Notes: a model not told the origin generated them from the letters alone. Shown: positions 38,710-50,389, counted from the first letter of the stretch. The stretch is DNA of 64,000 nucleotides from Isurus oxyrinchus (GCA_026770705.1 JANJGN010000008.1:149110001-149174000); one strand, 5' to 3'. Numbers and translations: made by a program.

Positions 38710-39520
38710 GAGTTGGACAGAAAGAGATTGCAAAGGGATGTAGACTGGTGAAGACACTGAATGGGCAAGAGCTTGACAGAATACAATGTGGAGAAATGTG
38801 AAGTTGTCCACTTTGGAAGGGAATATAGTAAAGCAGAAAATTTTTTAAATCATGAGGGACTGGGAAATGCTGGCACTCAGAGGAACTGAGCGTCCTGTAC
38901 ACACATTCCAAAGTGAACATGCAGGTACAGCAAACAATCAGGAAGGCAAATAGTATGTTAGCCTTTATTACAAAAGACTTGGAGTGCAAGAGTAAAGAAA
39001 CCTTGCTGCAATTATACAGAGCCTTGGTGAGACTGCAGCTGGAGTACTGTGCATATTTTGGTCTCCTTATCTAATAAAGATATTCTTGCTTTAGAAGGAG
39101 TGCAACAAAGATTCACTGGACTGATTCCTGGGACAAGGAGATTGCCTTATGAGAAGAACTTGAGTAGACTAGGCCTATATTACCTGGAGTTTAGAAGAAT
39201 GAGAGGTGATCTCATTGAAACGTGCAAAACTCTTAAAGGGCTGGAGGGTGGATGCTGGGAGATGTTTCCCCAGAATCGAGAGCCAGGGGAATGGCAAGCC
39301 AGGAGAATATCTTCAGTCAAAGAGTTGTGAATCTTTGAAATTCTTTACTCCAAGAAGGTGTTAATACTCAGTTATTGAATATATTAAAGATGGTGTTTGA
39401 TAGATTATTTGGCACAAAGGGAATTGAAGGATTTCGGGATTGTGTAGGAAAGTAGAGTTGAGGTAGAAGATCTTATTGAATGGCGGAACAGACTTGAAAG
39501 GCTAAATGGTTTACTCCTCC
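38710..39520 (+). mobile_element. Decayed CR1 LINE 3' fragment
   Basis: KDILALEGVQQRFTGLIPG...RRMRGDLIET peptide. Confidence 0.8.
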
Positions 39521-39748
39521 TATTAGATGCTTATCACACATAACCCCATGCACACACCTGGATCACAGCTTTCCCGTTATTATTCCTTTTATCCATGGTT
39601 TATGGAATGTCAAAAGTAATTTACCTTTTTAAGCACTTCTGCCTTATACTGGCAATTTTATTCTATCCGCACCAGGCACCCTGAACCCTTTGTTTCCTGT
39701 GTTTTGTGAAGTCAGCCATTACTAATTTTTTCTCTTTTTTTATGGTAG

Positions 39749-39833
39749 GGAGTGTGCTGAAATCTGATCTTCCTGCTGCAGGTGCCCTTGGCGAGCAGCT
39801 CCACAAAATCTCCTCATACCCAGGAGCCTCTAC
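39749..39833 (+). CDS. NUP214: NUP214 coding exon, GSVLKSDLPAAGALGEQLHKISSYPGAS; phase 1 to 2
   Basis: T-rich tract with ggtAG acceptor, GTaagg donor; phases fit both neighbours. Confidence 0.78.
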
Positions 39834-39989
39834 GTAAGGGACTTTTAAGCTTGCAGAACATGTACCTTGAATTGAAGCTGCATCTGGACATGGAATTCAC
39901 TTAACTTCAGGGAAAGACTGCAATTGACTGGAATTTGTTCACAGTCTACATTAATGAATTGGACTTTGGGATCAAACACAATTTCTACA

Positions 39990-40850
39990 TTTGCACGTGA
40001 AACCAAATTTGGGTGGAGTGGGTGTATAGTCAATACTGAGGAAGACTGCAGCAAATTACATGAGGGCATAAACTTGCAGAATTGACAAATCAAATTCAAC
40101 ACTGATAAATGAGTTAGTGTATTTTGATGGGAAGAATAGGTGAGGTAGAGCAACAAAGAGATTTTGGGTTACAAATAAATCAATCACTAAAAGTTACGCC
40201 ACAAGTTAGTAAGGCCATTAAAAAATAAAGCTAACTAAACCCTAGGTTTAGAATTGAAAAGTATGGAAGTTGTGCTAAACCTGTATCAAATCTTGGTTAG
40301 ACCACACTTAGAGTACTGCACAATGTTCTGGTCGCCATATTATAAAAAAGAAACAGAGGACTAGAGAGGATGCAGAGACGATTAACTGGGGTGATACCAG
40401 AAATGCATGGCAAAGGATCAACAGGCTGGGTTTCTTTTCTCTTGAAAAATAAGGCTGAGGGGTGATCTAATAGAAATCTTTAAAATTATGAAAGGTTTTG
40501 ATAGAGTTGATACAGAGAGTGTGTTTCATCTTGTGGGGAAGAGTATAACTGGAGGCCGTCAATATAAGATAGTCACCTAGAAATCCAAAAGAAATCTTTC
40601 TAATCATACTAGTGAGAATGTAGAACTCTCAACTACAAGGTGTAGTTGAAGCAAATAATATAGATGCATTTTAGGGGAAGCTAGTCAAGCATAATTAAGC
40701 AAGGAAGAAGGGAGCAGATGGTTACGATGATAGATTTAAATGAAAAAAGGTGGAAGGAGGCTCGAGTGGAGCATAACCACCAGTATGGATTGGTTGGGTT
40801 GAATGACCTGTTTCTGAGATGTATATCCTATGTAATCCTATGTAATATGG
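39990..40850 (+). mobile_element. Decayed CR1 LINE 3' fragment
   Basis: ttggttagaccacacttagagtactg...ggctgaggggtgatctaataga CR1-type sequence. Confidence 0.75.
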
Positions 40851-41145
40851 TGTCTGTTGATAATCCTGTTCAGCTAGTGCGCATGATGCCTTCTAATGTC
40901 ACATGACCACATTGGCACTCCCTGTGTGTGTGCACCACAAGGCATTGCTGGTGCCACCCTTTCCCACGACTCCCATGTGTGTTGTGTGCTGATGCAACCA
41001 TCCCTTTCCCTGCACTGTGTCATATGACCCCACTGACACTCCTTGTGATACTGATGTTGTTCTGGGGAGGAAATGTTGAACTGGACTCGGTGTGGCTGCA
41101 ATCTCTACTATCTCTAATTGTGTGTGTTTTTTTCTCCTCTTGCAG

Positions 41146-41207
41146 TGGGTTCCGTTTTACACCTCCTAGCACTTCATCATTGAGTGCACTGAGCACCAAG
41201 GCACAAG
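41146..41207 (+). CDS. NUP214: NUP214 coding exon, (T)GFRFTPPSTSSLSALSTKAQ; phase 2 to 1
   Basis: ttgcAG acceptor and GTgagt donor; resembles TGFNFG...TAAQ. Confidence 0.85.
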
Positions 41208-41349
41208 GTGAGTCCTAGGCTGCCATGGGTTGGTGTCTGTAATCACTTTGTTTCAAGGCAACCAATTTAGTAAGGATTTTTTGACATTTTAATTCCTTTC
41301 TTCAGAGTGGAAAGCTCATCAAATTCTTTGTAGGTTTTCTTGGGACTGT

Positions 41350-42830
41350 CACAAGTATGTTGAGCACAGAATATGCTGCATGGAAACAGGCCTTTCAGTC
41401 CATACCGATATTTATGCTCCACTCGAGCTTTTTCCCATCCTCCTTCATCTAACTTCAACAACACAACCCATCTATTCCTTTCTCCTTCATGTTTATCTAT
41501 TTTCCCCTTAAATGCATGCATTCCATTCACCTCAACTACTCCCTGTGGTAGCAAGGTCCACATTCTCCCATTCTTTTGGGTAAAGAAGGTTCTCCTGAAT
41601 TCCCTACTGATTTATGAATGACCATCTTAATTTTATGGCCACCAACTTTGCACTTCCCCATGAGTAGAAATGCCTACTCAGTCAAACCTTTCAATAATTG
41701 TGAAGATCTGTATTAGGTCACCCTCCAGTCTCCCTTTTTCAAAAGAAAAATGCCCCAGCCTGTCAAATCTTTCCTGATAGATATAACCTTGTAGTCCTGG
41801 TATCATCTTTGTAAATCTTTTTTGCTTTCTCTTCAGAGCCTCTGCAATCCTTTTTATAACATGGAGACCAGAACTACATGCAGTACTCTCAAGTGTGATT
41901 TAACCATGGTTCAATACAAGCTTAGCATAACTTCTCTACTTTTCAATTCTGTGCCTTTAGAAATAAACTCTAATGTTTGGTTTGATTTTTTTCTTTAATG
42001 GCCTTATTAACCTGCATTGCTGCTTTGTGATTTGTGTAATTGCATTCACTGATCCCTTTGCTCCTGTATCCTGTTTGGATCCCTGTTTTCCAAGTAATAT
42101 GTGATCTAATTTTTCTCAGCAAAATGTAATAACTCCAACTTGCTACATTTTGAAATCCAGTTGCCAGTCATTTGCCCATTCTTCATGTTGATTAAACCTT
42201 CTTGTACTTGCTTGGAATCCTTCTTAGTGTTGACTTTCCTTCCAAATTTGCTGCTGCCTGCAAATTTAGAAATTGTTCTTTGATTCCAAAATCTAAATTG
42301 TTAATATAATATATGAATATCGGTGGCCCCAGCACTGATTCTTGTGGAACCCAACTTCCCACTTCCCCTACTCCAATTAGGTACCCTTTACCCCAACTCT
42401 TTGCTTTCTGTCCTGTAGCCAGCGAGCTACCCATTCTGCTAACTGTCCCCAGCTTGGCATACTCTGACCTTATTTATTAGTCTATTATGTGGCACCTTAT
42501 AATTTTTGTCTTAGTGATGGCTTTGTCATTTTTTTTCTACCACCATTGTTATTTCTAATGAGTGCAGCTACTCCACCTTCTCTTTATACTCTCTATCTTT
42601 GCAAATTTGTTATACCCTGCAATGTTTAATTCTTGCTTCTAATATCTGTATAGTCACATCTCAGTAATCCTGACTATATCATATTCCTTGCAATGTATTA
42701 TTGTCTCCAGTTCCCTTGTTTTATTACAGATGTTGTGTGCACTGTTGTTCAGGCAGTTCTACTCATTTTCAATAGCAGTTTTTCTCACTTTATTTTTAAC
42801 CATCATTTTACATTCCTGCTTCATAACAAT
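41350..42830 (-). mobile_element. Decayed, internally deleted CR1 LINE (APE start, RT and 3' end) abutting the acceptor of the large exon
   Basis: VPQESVLGP...YINNLD in ORF 42192-42434; YDIVRITE and GGVA-like remnants at about 42560-42710; CR1 3' UTR at about 41370. Confidence 0.7.
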
Positions 42831-42903
42831 TTATTCCTTGTTCATTTTTGGTCCTCCTTTATTTTAGTCTGACTTATGCTAAAACTCCTCTTCTGTTCTT
42901 CAG

Positions 42904-45213
42904 GATTTCCTGGAAGTGCAAAAGACGCCACTCGCACCAGCTTTGGATTATCCAATAAAGCATCCTTTGGACTGGGAGCTGATGCCTCCTTTTCATACAA
43001 GGGCCCGAGGTCCAGTTCTAGCTCTGCTTTTGCATCTGAGTCTGCGACTACAGCAGGCAGCATCTGCCCTTCTAACACTTCATGTACAGAACTGCAGCCA
43101 TCTGGCAAGCCAAGTGCAACTGGGGCACCTCCTGAACCTGCTATCCCTGCAGCAGCTAGCAAAACCGAAGACCAACAGCCCAGACTTGAACACCAGCCAG
43201 CCAAACCAGAGACTCGCACTTCCACAGCTGAGATTTACCCGTCAAAAGCCGAGATCCCGCCGCAGCCCAAGGCCGAGATCCCGCCGCAGCCCAAGGCCGA
43301 GATCCCGCCGCAGCCCAAGGCCGAGGCCCCGCCGCAACCCAAGGCCGAGGCCCCGCCGCAGCCCAAGGCCGAGGCCCCGCCGCAGCCCAAGGCCGAGGCC
43401 CCGCCGCAGCCCAGGGCCGAGGCCCCGCCGCAGCCCAGGGCCGAGGCCCCGCCGCAACCCAGGGCCGAGGCCCCGCCGCAGCCCAGGGCCGAGGCCCCGC
43501 CGCAGCCCAGGGCCGAGGCCCCGCCGCAGCCCAGGGCCGAGGCCCCGCCGCAGCCCAGGGCCGAGGCCCCGCCGCAGCCCAGGGCCGAGGCCCCGCCGCA
43601 GCCCAGGGCCGAGGCCCCGCCGCAGCCCAGGGCCGAGGCCCCGCCGCAGCCCAGGGCCGAGGCCCCGCCGCAGCCCAGGGCCGAGGCCCCGCCGCAGCCC
43701 AGGGCCGAGGCCCCGCCGCAGCCCAGGGCCGAGGCCCCGCCGCAGCCCAGGGCCGAGGCCCCGCCGCAGCCCAGGGCCGAGGCCCCGCCGCAGCCCAGGG
43801 CCGAGGCCCCGCCGCAGCCCAAGGCCGAGGCCCCGCCGCAACCCAAGGCCGAGGCCCCGCCGCAACCCAAGGCCGAGGCCCCGCCGCAGGACGAAACAGG
43901 AGTCTTTGAGGGTAGTGCCAGAGGTGTCACAATTGGCAGTTTCTCTGGACTTGTTGTCAGTCAGACTGATGATGCCACCAAGTTGGACAGATCTTCACAG
44001 GATAGTTTCACCTTTGCACAAACAGCCAAAACGTCAACAGCACCTCCTACAAGCTTGGCCTTTGGGAGTGCTTTTCCATTGGGAAAGTCAGGTTCCACAG
44101 GGATAACATCAGCTTCAATTGACACAGGTGCACCCAAACCAACTGGAGTACCATTTCCCATTATTTCCAGAGCCAGCACAGAAACCTCCATTTCAAGTAG
44201 CAGTTTACAATCAAGAGCTAGCAAACTTGATTTTGTTTCGAAGCAAGAGCAGACTGCCAATGCCGAACAGATTGCTGCAGCTATCGCTGCCGTAAGCGCT
44301 TTGCAAGATTCGTCCCTCGCCGGATCATTGACCTCCATCACTTCCTCAATCGCTGATGCCGTAAAGCCATCCACTGCTGAAGAGAAGAAGGCAGTTGTAA
44401 GTAGCAGCTCGTCTGCCTCCAGTGTAACTGAGGAACAGGCTGCGGCGCAGGGATCGAAAGTATTGGTATCAAGATCCTCAGAAGGTAGTGCAGGAATCAG
44501 TTCTGCAACACCTACCTCCCCTGGCACTCCAGTTATACCAAGAGTGATAATTAATTCACCAGTACCTTCCATTACAGGGTCATCTGTTGCAACTGAGATC
44601 CCCTTTCCTTATTCTGTGTCATTGAGCAATATTATGCCCTCAGGCAGCAGCATAATTTCCTCCGTTTCGCCTTTTGGAGCGAGTCAAACGCACGTGCAGT
44701 CATCTCCATCCCAATCTGAGTCCACCACGTCCCCGTTTAGTCATGCTGTGGTCACGAGTGCGCCACCAGCGTTTGGGCAGCCTGCGACAACAACCTCACC
44801 ATCCACCCTTGGGCGAGGCACAAATGGCATCACCTCCCCTCCTGTCGTCGACATCCCCAGCTCCGCAGGTAGTCTTGCGAAGCCCACCTTTGGTCAGACG
44901 GTTGACACAGGCTTTGGGCAGCAGTCCTCCAGCAACGGGTTCAGCTTCAGGCAGCCCGTATTTGGATCCACTTCATCCTTTGCTCAGCCCACTTCTGCCG
45001 CTGCACCAATGCCAAGTGGCAGCCCCTTCAGTGGACCCACCATTACTGTCAATGCCAATGCATTCCCATTTGGACAGTCGCCTGCCAGCAACGCGTCCAT
45101 GTTTGGACAACCTACCACACCAGCATTTGGACAGAGCACTGGTTTTGGGCATGGCCCAGCCTTTGGATCCAACATAACGACAACGTCTGGATTCAACTTT
45201 GCGCAACCTTCAA
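42904..45213 (+). CDS. NUP214: NUP214 large exon (2310 nt, approx. human exon 29): S/T/P-rich disordered region, AEAPPQP(R/K) repeat and start of the FG-repeat domain; phase 1 to 1
   Basis: Lies within the 862-aa ORF 42876-45464; ttcAG acceptor and GTaaga donor; contains [13 protein letters not shown] and many FGQ/FGS motifs, ending SGFNFAQPS. Confidence 0.95.
43248..43889 (+). repeat. Coding minisatellite, 24-bp unit GCCGAGGCCCCGCCGCAGCCCA(G/A)G, 26 full units plus 18 nt
   Basis: Read directly: 3x AEIPPQPK, 3x AEAPPQPK, 17x AEAPPQPR, 3x AEAPPQPK, then AEAPPQ. Confidence 0.98.
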
Positions 45214-45935
45214 GTAAGACTTTGTGCTTTGTTACTAACCTCATTGCCTTTTTTAGACTTAGTGAAAGAAAGACCTTGCATTTATCTGATGGTGGAAATC
45301 TGGAAACTCTCTTGCCCCCTATTCTCACCCCAGCCCCCCTCCTCACAACTCAACCCCACAAAAACCTGTTAAGGTTCAGTGGTCTGTTGAAAATCTCCAA
45401 ACAGATTGATAGATTTTTGTTTTGTAAGGGTTACAGAACATTCGGGCATATAGATAAAATATAGATCATCCATGATCTAATTGAATGGTGGACTGGCCCA
45501 AGGTGCTGAATGGCCACCTCCCACTCCTGTGTCCACAGGATGTCTCATTGTGCCACAAGGCCTACGTTAGTTTTGCAAGTAGGCAAAAACCGCAACCAAT
45601 TTGCACACAGCAAAGTCCCACAAGCAACTGAGGCGAAGAACAGTTAATCCATTCATGATAGTGTTTGTTGATGACATGGTTAGCCAAATTAGTTGAAGAT
45701 TTGAGTGCAAACTGACAGTGCTGTGGGAAGATTGTGTCTTGATGCAGTATAAAATAACCTCAAGAGCCGCGACAAAATACTGCCAATTAAATTGCCTATT
45801 ATAGGCCTTGGGCCATTGGGCATGCCATTCGAGCTGCATTGTAGGTTCATTATGATGGTTTCTCATTAGTGAAAGAGCAATGGCAGCACATATTCAGTAG
45901 TACAATAGTCTGTCAAATAATAGTCAAAATGATCA

Positions 45936-46170
45936 CAGGAATAGAAAATGCTGGAAAAACTCAGCAGGTCTAACAGCATCTGTGGAGAGAAAGACAGAGT
46001 TAACATTCTGAGTCCATATGTCCCTTCTGAAGAAGAGTCGTCCGGACTCAAAACGTTAACTCTATCTTTCTCTCCATAGATGCTGTTAGACCTGCTAAGC
46101 TTTTCCAGCATTTTCTGCTTTTGTTTCAGATTTCCAGCATCCACGATATTTTTCTTTTATTTTGGTTTTT
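45936..46170. mobile_element. Palindromic Penelope-derived element with a central hammerhead motif and a 13-bp target-site duplication
   Basis: Arms 45942-46004 and 46055-46117 are about 58/63 complementary; GTCAAAATGATCA occurs at 45923-45935 and 46171-46183. Confidence 0.85.
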
Positions 46171-46214
46171 GTCAAAATGATCATGTTTTTCATTTGTATT
46201 AGTGGTGGTGGGGG

Positions 46215-46420
46215 GGGTGGGCTCAGTTGGTTAGATGGCTTGTGTGTGGTGCAGAATGATGGCAACAGCATGGGTTCAACCCCTGTTCATGTAGGCCTGC
46301 CTCCTTGCCTTACCCCATGCTTGATGCAGAATGGTGCCCCTTAAGCTAGATATACTTGATTGTCCCTCTCTCGTGGAGAGAGAATCCTACAGTCCTTTAT
46401 GGACAACAGCTCATTACCTA
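46215..46420 (+). mobile_element. Old tRNA-derived SINE, family unassigned
   Basis: A-box-like tgggctcagttggttag and B-box-like gggttcaacccc with tRNA-like spacing; no intact cloverleaf. Confidence 0.45.
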
Positions 46421-49400
46421 CCTCCCTATTACTGATGTGAATTATTATTTCACTGCAGTTCAATACGTTATCGCATGGTTGATGAAGAGCATAACAGTCT
46501 GGGCAAGTGAAACTCGTGAATCCATTTATTTAGTAGGCGCAGCCCCTACAGGTTGAGCCACAGATAGTCATTAGCATGAAGAGAATGGCCCCAGGCAGTG
46601 TTCCCGCTAAGCTGCACGTGGCATAAGCAGGCAGCTGCCTGGATGGTACCATGCAGGCTTAATTCATGCTGCATACAAAAAAAAATTACCACTACATTGG
46701 GAAAAACTGGCCGTGCACCAAACAAATCTTACACGGACTGTGGGCCCACTGGCATCTGAAATTTGAGGGCTGAAAGAATAATCAGGAAATGGCAGATTTT
46801 TAAAATGATTACTTTGTAACTGTTTACACCGTGGAGTGAGAGCAAAATACCAATGGTATAAACAAACCGAAAAGTAGGCTACGGGGCTACGGAGCTGAAC
46901 TTAGTGGGTTTCGTATGTTTTTTTTTAAAGTAATGAGGAAATTACCTGGACTTAAGATACACAAATCACTGGAACCAGATGGTTTCCACCACAAAGTATC
47001 AAAGGAAACAAGTGAGGAAATAGATACAAGTCATAATTTACCAAAACGTGCTTGGTGCAGGAATTCTGCCTTTGAGTTGGAAAATTGCAAATGTCACTAT
47101 TATTTAAGGTGGGAGGAAACTACAGATCTGTCAGTTATGGGGACGTTCCTAGACTCAGTCGTAAACAGAGTGACTCAGCAGCTGAACAAGTATCAGTTAG
47201 TTAGAGAGTCAACATGGATTTGTGAGGGGTAGGTCTTATTGGACTAATCTGAATTGAATTTTTTTGAGGTCACTAGCATAGTGAACAGGGAGTGTTTTAT
47301 ATATATATGTATATATATATGAACTTAGAGAAGACATTTGAAGTTTGGCGCAAGTGATTATTAACAATGGATTAGCACACAATTAGAAGAAAATGGATAA
47401 ACAAGTGTATAGTTTATTTCTTCTGATTTTAATTGTTTGAGATTTAAAAATTTCTTTTCCTTCCTGTCTCTCTCTCTCTCAATCCAGCCTTCTTTCATTG
47501 TGTCTTCCTTTTTCTGAACCTGATTTTTAAATTCATCCTTGCTCTCTTTATTTTTTAATCCTTAAATCCATTGTTTCAGGTGATTCTGTTTGTCCTGTCC
47601 TTGACTGGAGTCCCAGAGGCCCTATTGCCCTCGCCGCACCCTTATCAGCCCGCACTTCCAGCAATTTATAAGACAAACCTTTTCCGAGCTGACTAGCTAA
47701 CTGGACACGTTGTGAAATGCCCCACATTCTGGGTCCTCGTTTTAGTGAATTCCTTGCTCTACATTATTTTACCTTTCAATTATTTGTGCCCTTTCTGTTT
47801 GAGGGAGAGATTTTAAGTTGAAACACAAGCCCTGAACTAATTGAGTGTATAGAACAGGCTCATTTCCAATGCTGACACTAACGTTTAGACAAGTTGTAAT
47901 GTTGGACATTTGGAAATGATAGTTACTTCTAATAATGATGTTTTAAACTTTCATTACAGTTGAGGAGTCATTTCCCCCTCCTTAGCTGCTTTTGTACATA
48001 TTTCCACACTTCAAAAATCTGTGGATTTAAAAACACGTTTTTCAGTAAACTATCGTAAATGATTGCTGTATCAGTTATTAGATTCTGTCCAGAGATTGCT
48101 GTGCTGTGTGTTACTGGCAAAAAGTTCCTCCTTCATTGCCTTTCATTTTTTTCTGAATGTTCAGGAAAACTTTGCGTCATGGCCAAAACAGAAAATAGAT
48201 AGCATCCCACACACGGGCAAAGTGCAAATGCGGAAGGACAAACTAAAGTGCATAGGGCATCAACCATTTAGACAATGGACTACAGAACAACCAAGTCCCC
48301 ATCTATGTAGTTGGTGGACACAGGAACAGGCTATTTAACCACTAGAACCTTTACTATCATTCTGTTGGGTAGTGCCTGGCCTGTACCTCAACTCCGTCAG
48401 CAAAGCTCTGGTTATGCCCCAGTCATTGGCAGATACCAGTTTTGCAGCTGATTCCTTTGCTTTGATACACATAAACGCTACAAAGAAGCCATTTTAAGCT
48501 ACTTTCTTAAAAATAGAAGGAAATGTCAATTGTCTCTTCCTAGCTTTCCACACACTATATAATTGTGGCTCCCTGGCTTGATTGATTTGAGCAGATTCTC
48601 ATACTGACCGCAGGCATGAAATGTGTCTTGAGCAGATATGAATCATTTCCATTCCTTCCGACAGGAGAGCGGATTGGAGGGGGCACTGGGCAGGATTAGT
48701 GTTAAAGTGATTTTTTTTAGTTTAACTTCAGGTCAAATGAACTGGCAAAATGGTATAGGCCCTGGGGCTTTTTAATATGGGCATAGGGGCAACCTGCAGC
48801 AGGACCCATCCTGGGCAACTTGATGGCCTTTGCCTGTGCATATGGTTTCCCCAGAATGTGTCGAACTAGGCTGTCCTCCAACAAGACTTGGCGAATGAGT
48901 ATCAATCAGTCGCAGGATGAGGACATCACTTGTTTTTTGCAGGAATGGGCCAGCCTAAGCTTGTATCTCCAAGTTTCCCTCCTTTTTAAAATTCCCTCTC
49001 CATTTCAGGCACAAATTTAATTATTTTTGCATCTTCCTTTTTTGTGCTTCCTTGCTTTGTTCCTAATTCTACCAAGTGCTGCTCTCTTCATCTGTCTCTG
49101 TTTCGCTAACCAGTTACCCAAGTTGTTTTGAACAGTCTGTGTCTAGAATCATAGAATAGTTTCAGCACAGAAGGGGGCCATTTGGCCTGTCATATCCGTG
49201 CTGGCTCTCTGCAAGAAGCAAATCAGCAAATCCCTCCCTCTTTCCCGATAGCCCTGTAATTTTTTTCTCTTCAGTTAATGATCCAATTCCCTTTTGAAAA
49301 CCCTGATTGAAACTGCCTCTATCATAATCCCAGGTACTGCATTCCAGATGCTGACCTTTTGCTGCGTAAAAAGGCTTTTCCTCTTGTTGCCTTTGGTTCT

Positions 49401-49689
49401 TTTGCCAGCCATTTTAAAATTGGTGACATTTGGTTCTCAACCCTTCTGCCTGAAGGAGCAGTTTCTCCCTATCTACTGTGTCTGGACCCCTTATGATTGT
49501 GAATTTCTCTCAACCTTCCCTTCTCCAAGGAAATCAGCCCCAGCTTTTCCAATCTATCCAGGCAACTGAAGTCCCTCATCCCCGGAATTATTCCCATAAA
49601 TCTTGTCAGCACCCTCTCCAACGCCTTCCATATTGGACGTGATAATTGAATATGTGAAGCCTGGGACTCTGCACCTAAAGAATGGTAAA

Positions 49690-50160
49690 AGAAAGACTTG
49701 CATTTGCATAGCATCTTCCACAACTGTGGGATGTCTCAAAGCACTTGACCAATGAAGCACTTTGTGAAGTGTAGTTATTGTTGTAATGTGGATGTAGCAG
49801 CCAGTTTGGGCACAGCAAGCTCCCACAAACTTCAATGTGATAATAACCAGATAATCTATTTTTATGATGTTGATTGAGGGACAAACATTGACCAAGACAA
49901 TGGCGATAACTCCCCTGCTGCCCTTCGAAGAAACAATCATTTTTTGCATGCACCTAACAGAGCAGACAGGGCCCCAGTTCAGTGTCGAAAGACAGGACCT
50001 TGATTCAAAGTCAAAAGACAGGCATCTCTGATGGTGTGGCAGTCCCTCAGTACTGCCCTGGAGCGCCAGTGTAGATTTTGAGCTTAGGGACTTGGAGTGG
50101 AGCTTGAACCCACAGCCTTTTGACTGTGAAGCAAGAGTACTGTCCACTGAACTGCGGCAG
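49690..50160 (-). mobile_element. tRNA-derived DeuSINE-type SINE; further copies at about 4130-4510(+), 6050-6500(+), 7990-8420(+), 10150-10570(-), 17360-17540(-), 23215-23510(+), 56620-57280(+), 62460-62715 and 63170-63300(-)
   Basis: B-box-like gggttcaag in the head; central domain ttgctgtttgtgggagcttgctgtgcacaaattggctgcc; tail ...aaatgcaagtctttc shared with the L2 fragments. Family assignment from memory. Confidence 0.8.
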
Positions 50161-50389
50161 AGATAGGTCACTTATCTCCTGATTTTCCTGCTGGTCATAA
50201 TGCAACAGAGAAGAGAGAGGTCAAATGAATATGCTGGAAAGTATTGAACTGGCAAGCCCTGACATTACTGAATATTTGAGTAAAATTTGTCCCCTATTTG
50301 CCATGGTTTTCTGTACATTCTGTCCAGGCAACACTGCATCCTACCCCACACACACAGCTGGTGATGTACTCTCAATTTATTGATCATTA

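Noticed and set aside
43248-43889. CRISPR-like array
   Set aside because: Units are head-to-tail with no unique spacers; eukaryotic coding context.
43235-43930. Antisense ORFs of 231 aa (GGASALGC)n and 207 aa (RRGLGPGL)n as independent genes, resembling keratin-associated or silk-like proteins
   Set aside because: They are shadows of the stop-free GC-rich repeat; the sense frame is embedded in a phase-consistent NUP214 exon.
42876-45464. Single-exon 862-aa gene
   Set aside because: The N- and C-terminal extensions are intronic read-through beyond good splice sites at 42903 and 45214.
46215-46300. tRNA gene
   Set aside because: A/B-box-like motifs are present but there is no intact cloverleaf; it and the other gttcaaatccc sites are SINE heads.
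46596-46740. hAT-like MITE starting cagtgttcccgctaag
   Set aside because: Only one plausible terminus is visible; no matching TIR or TSD could be identified.
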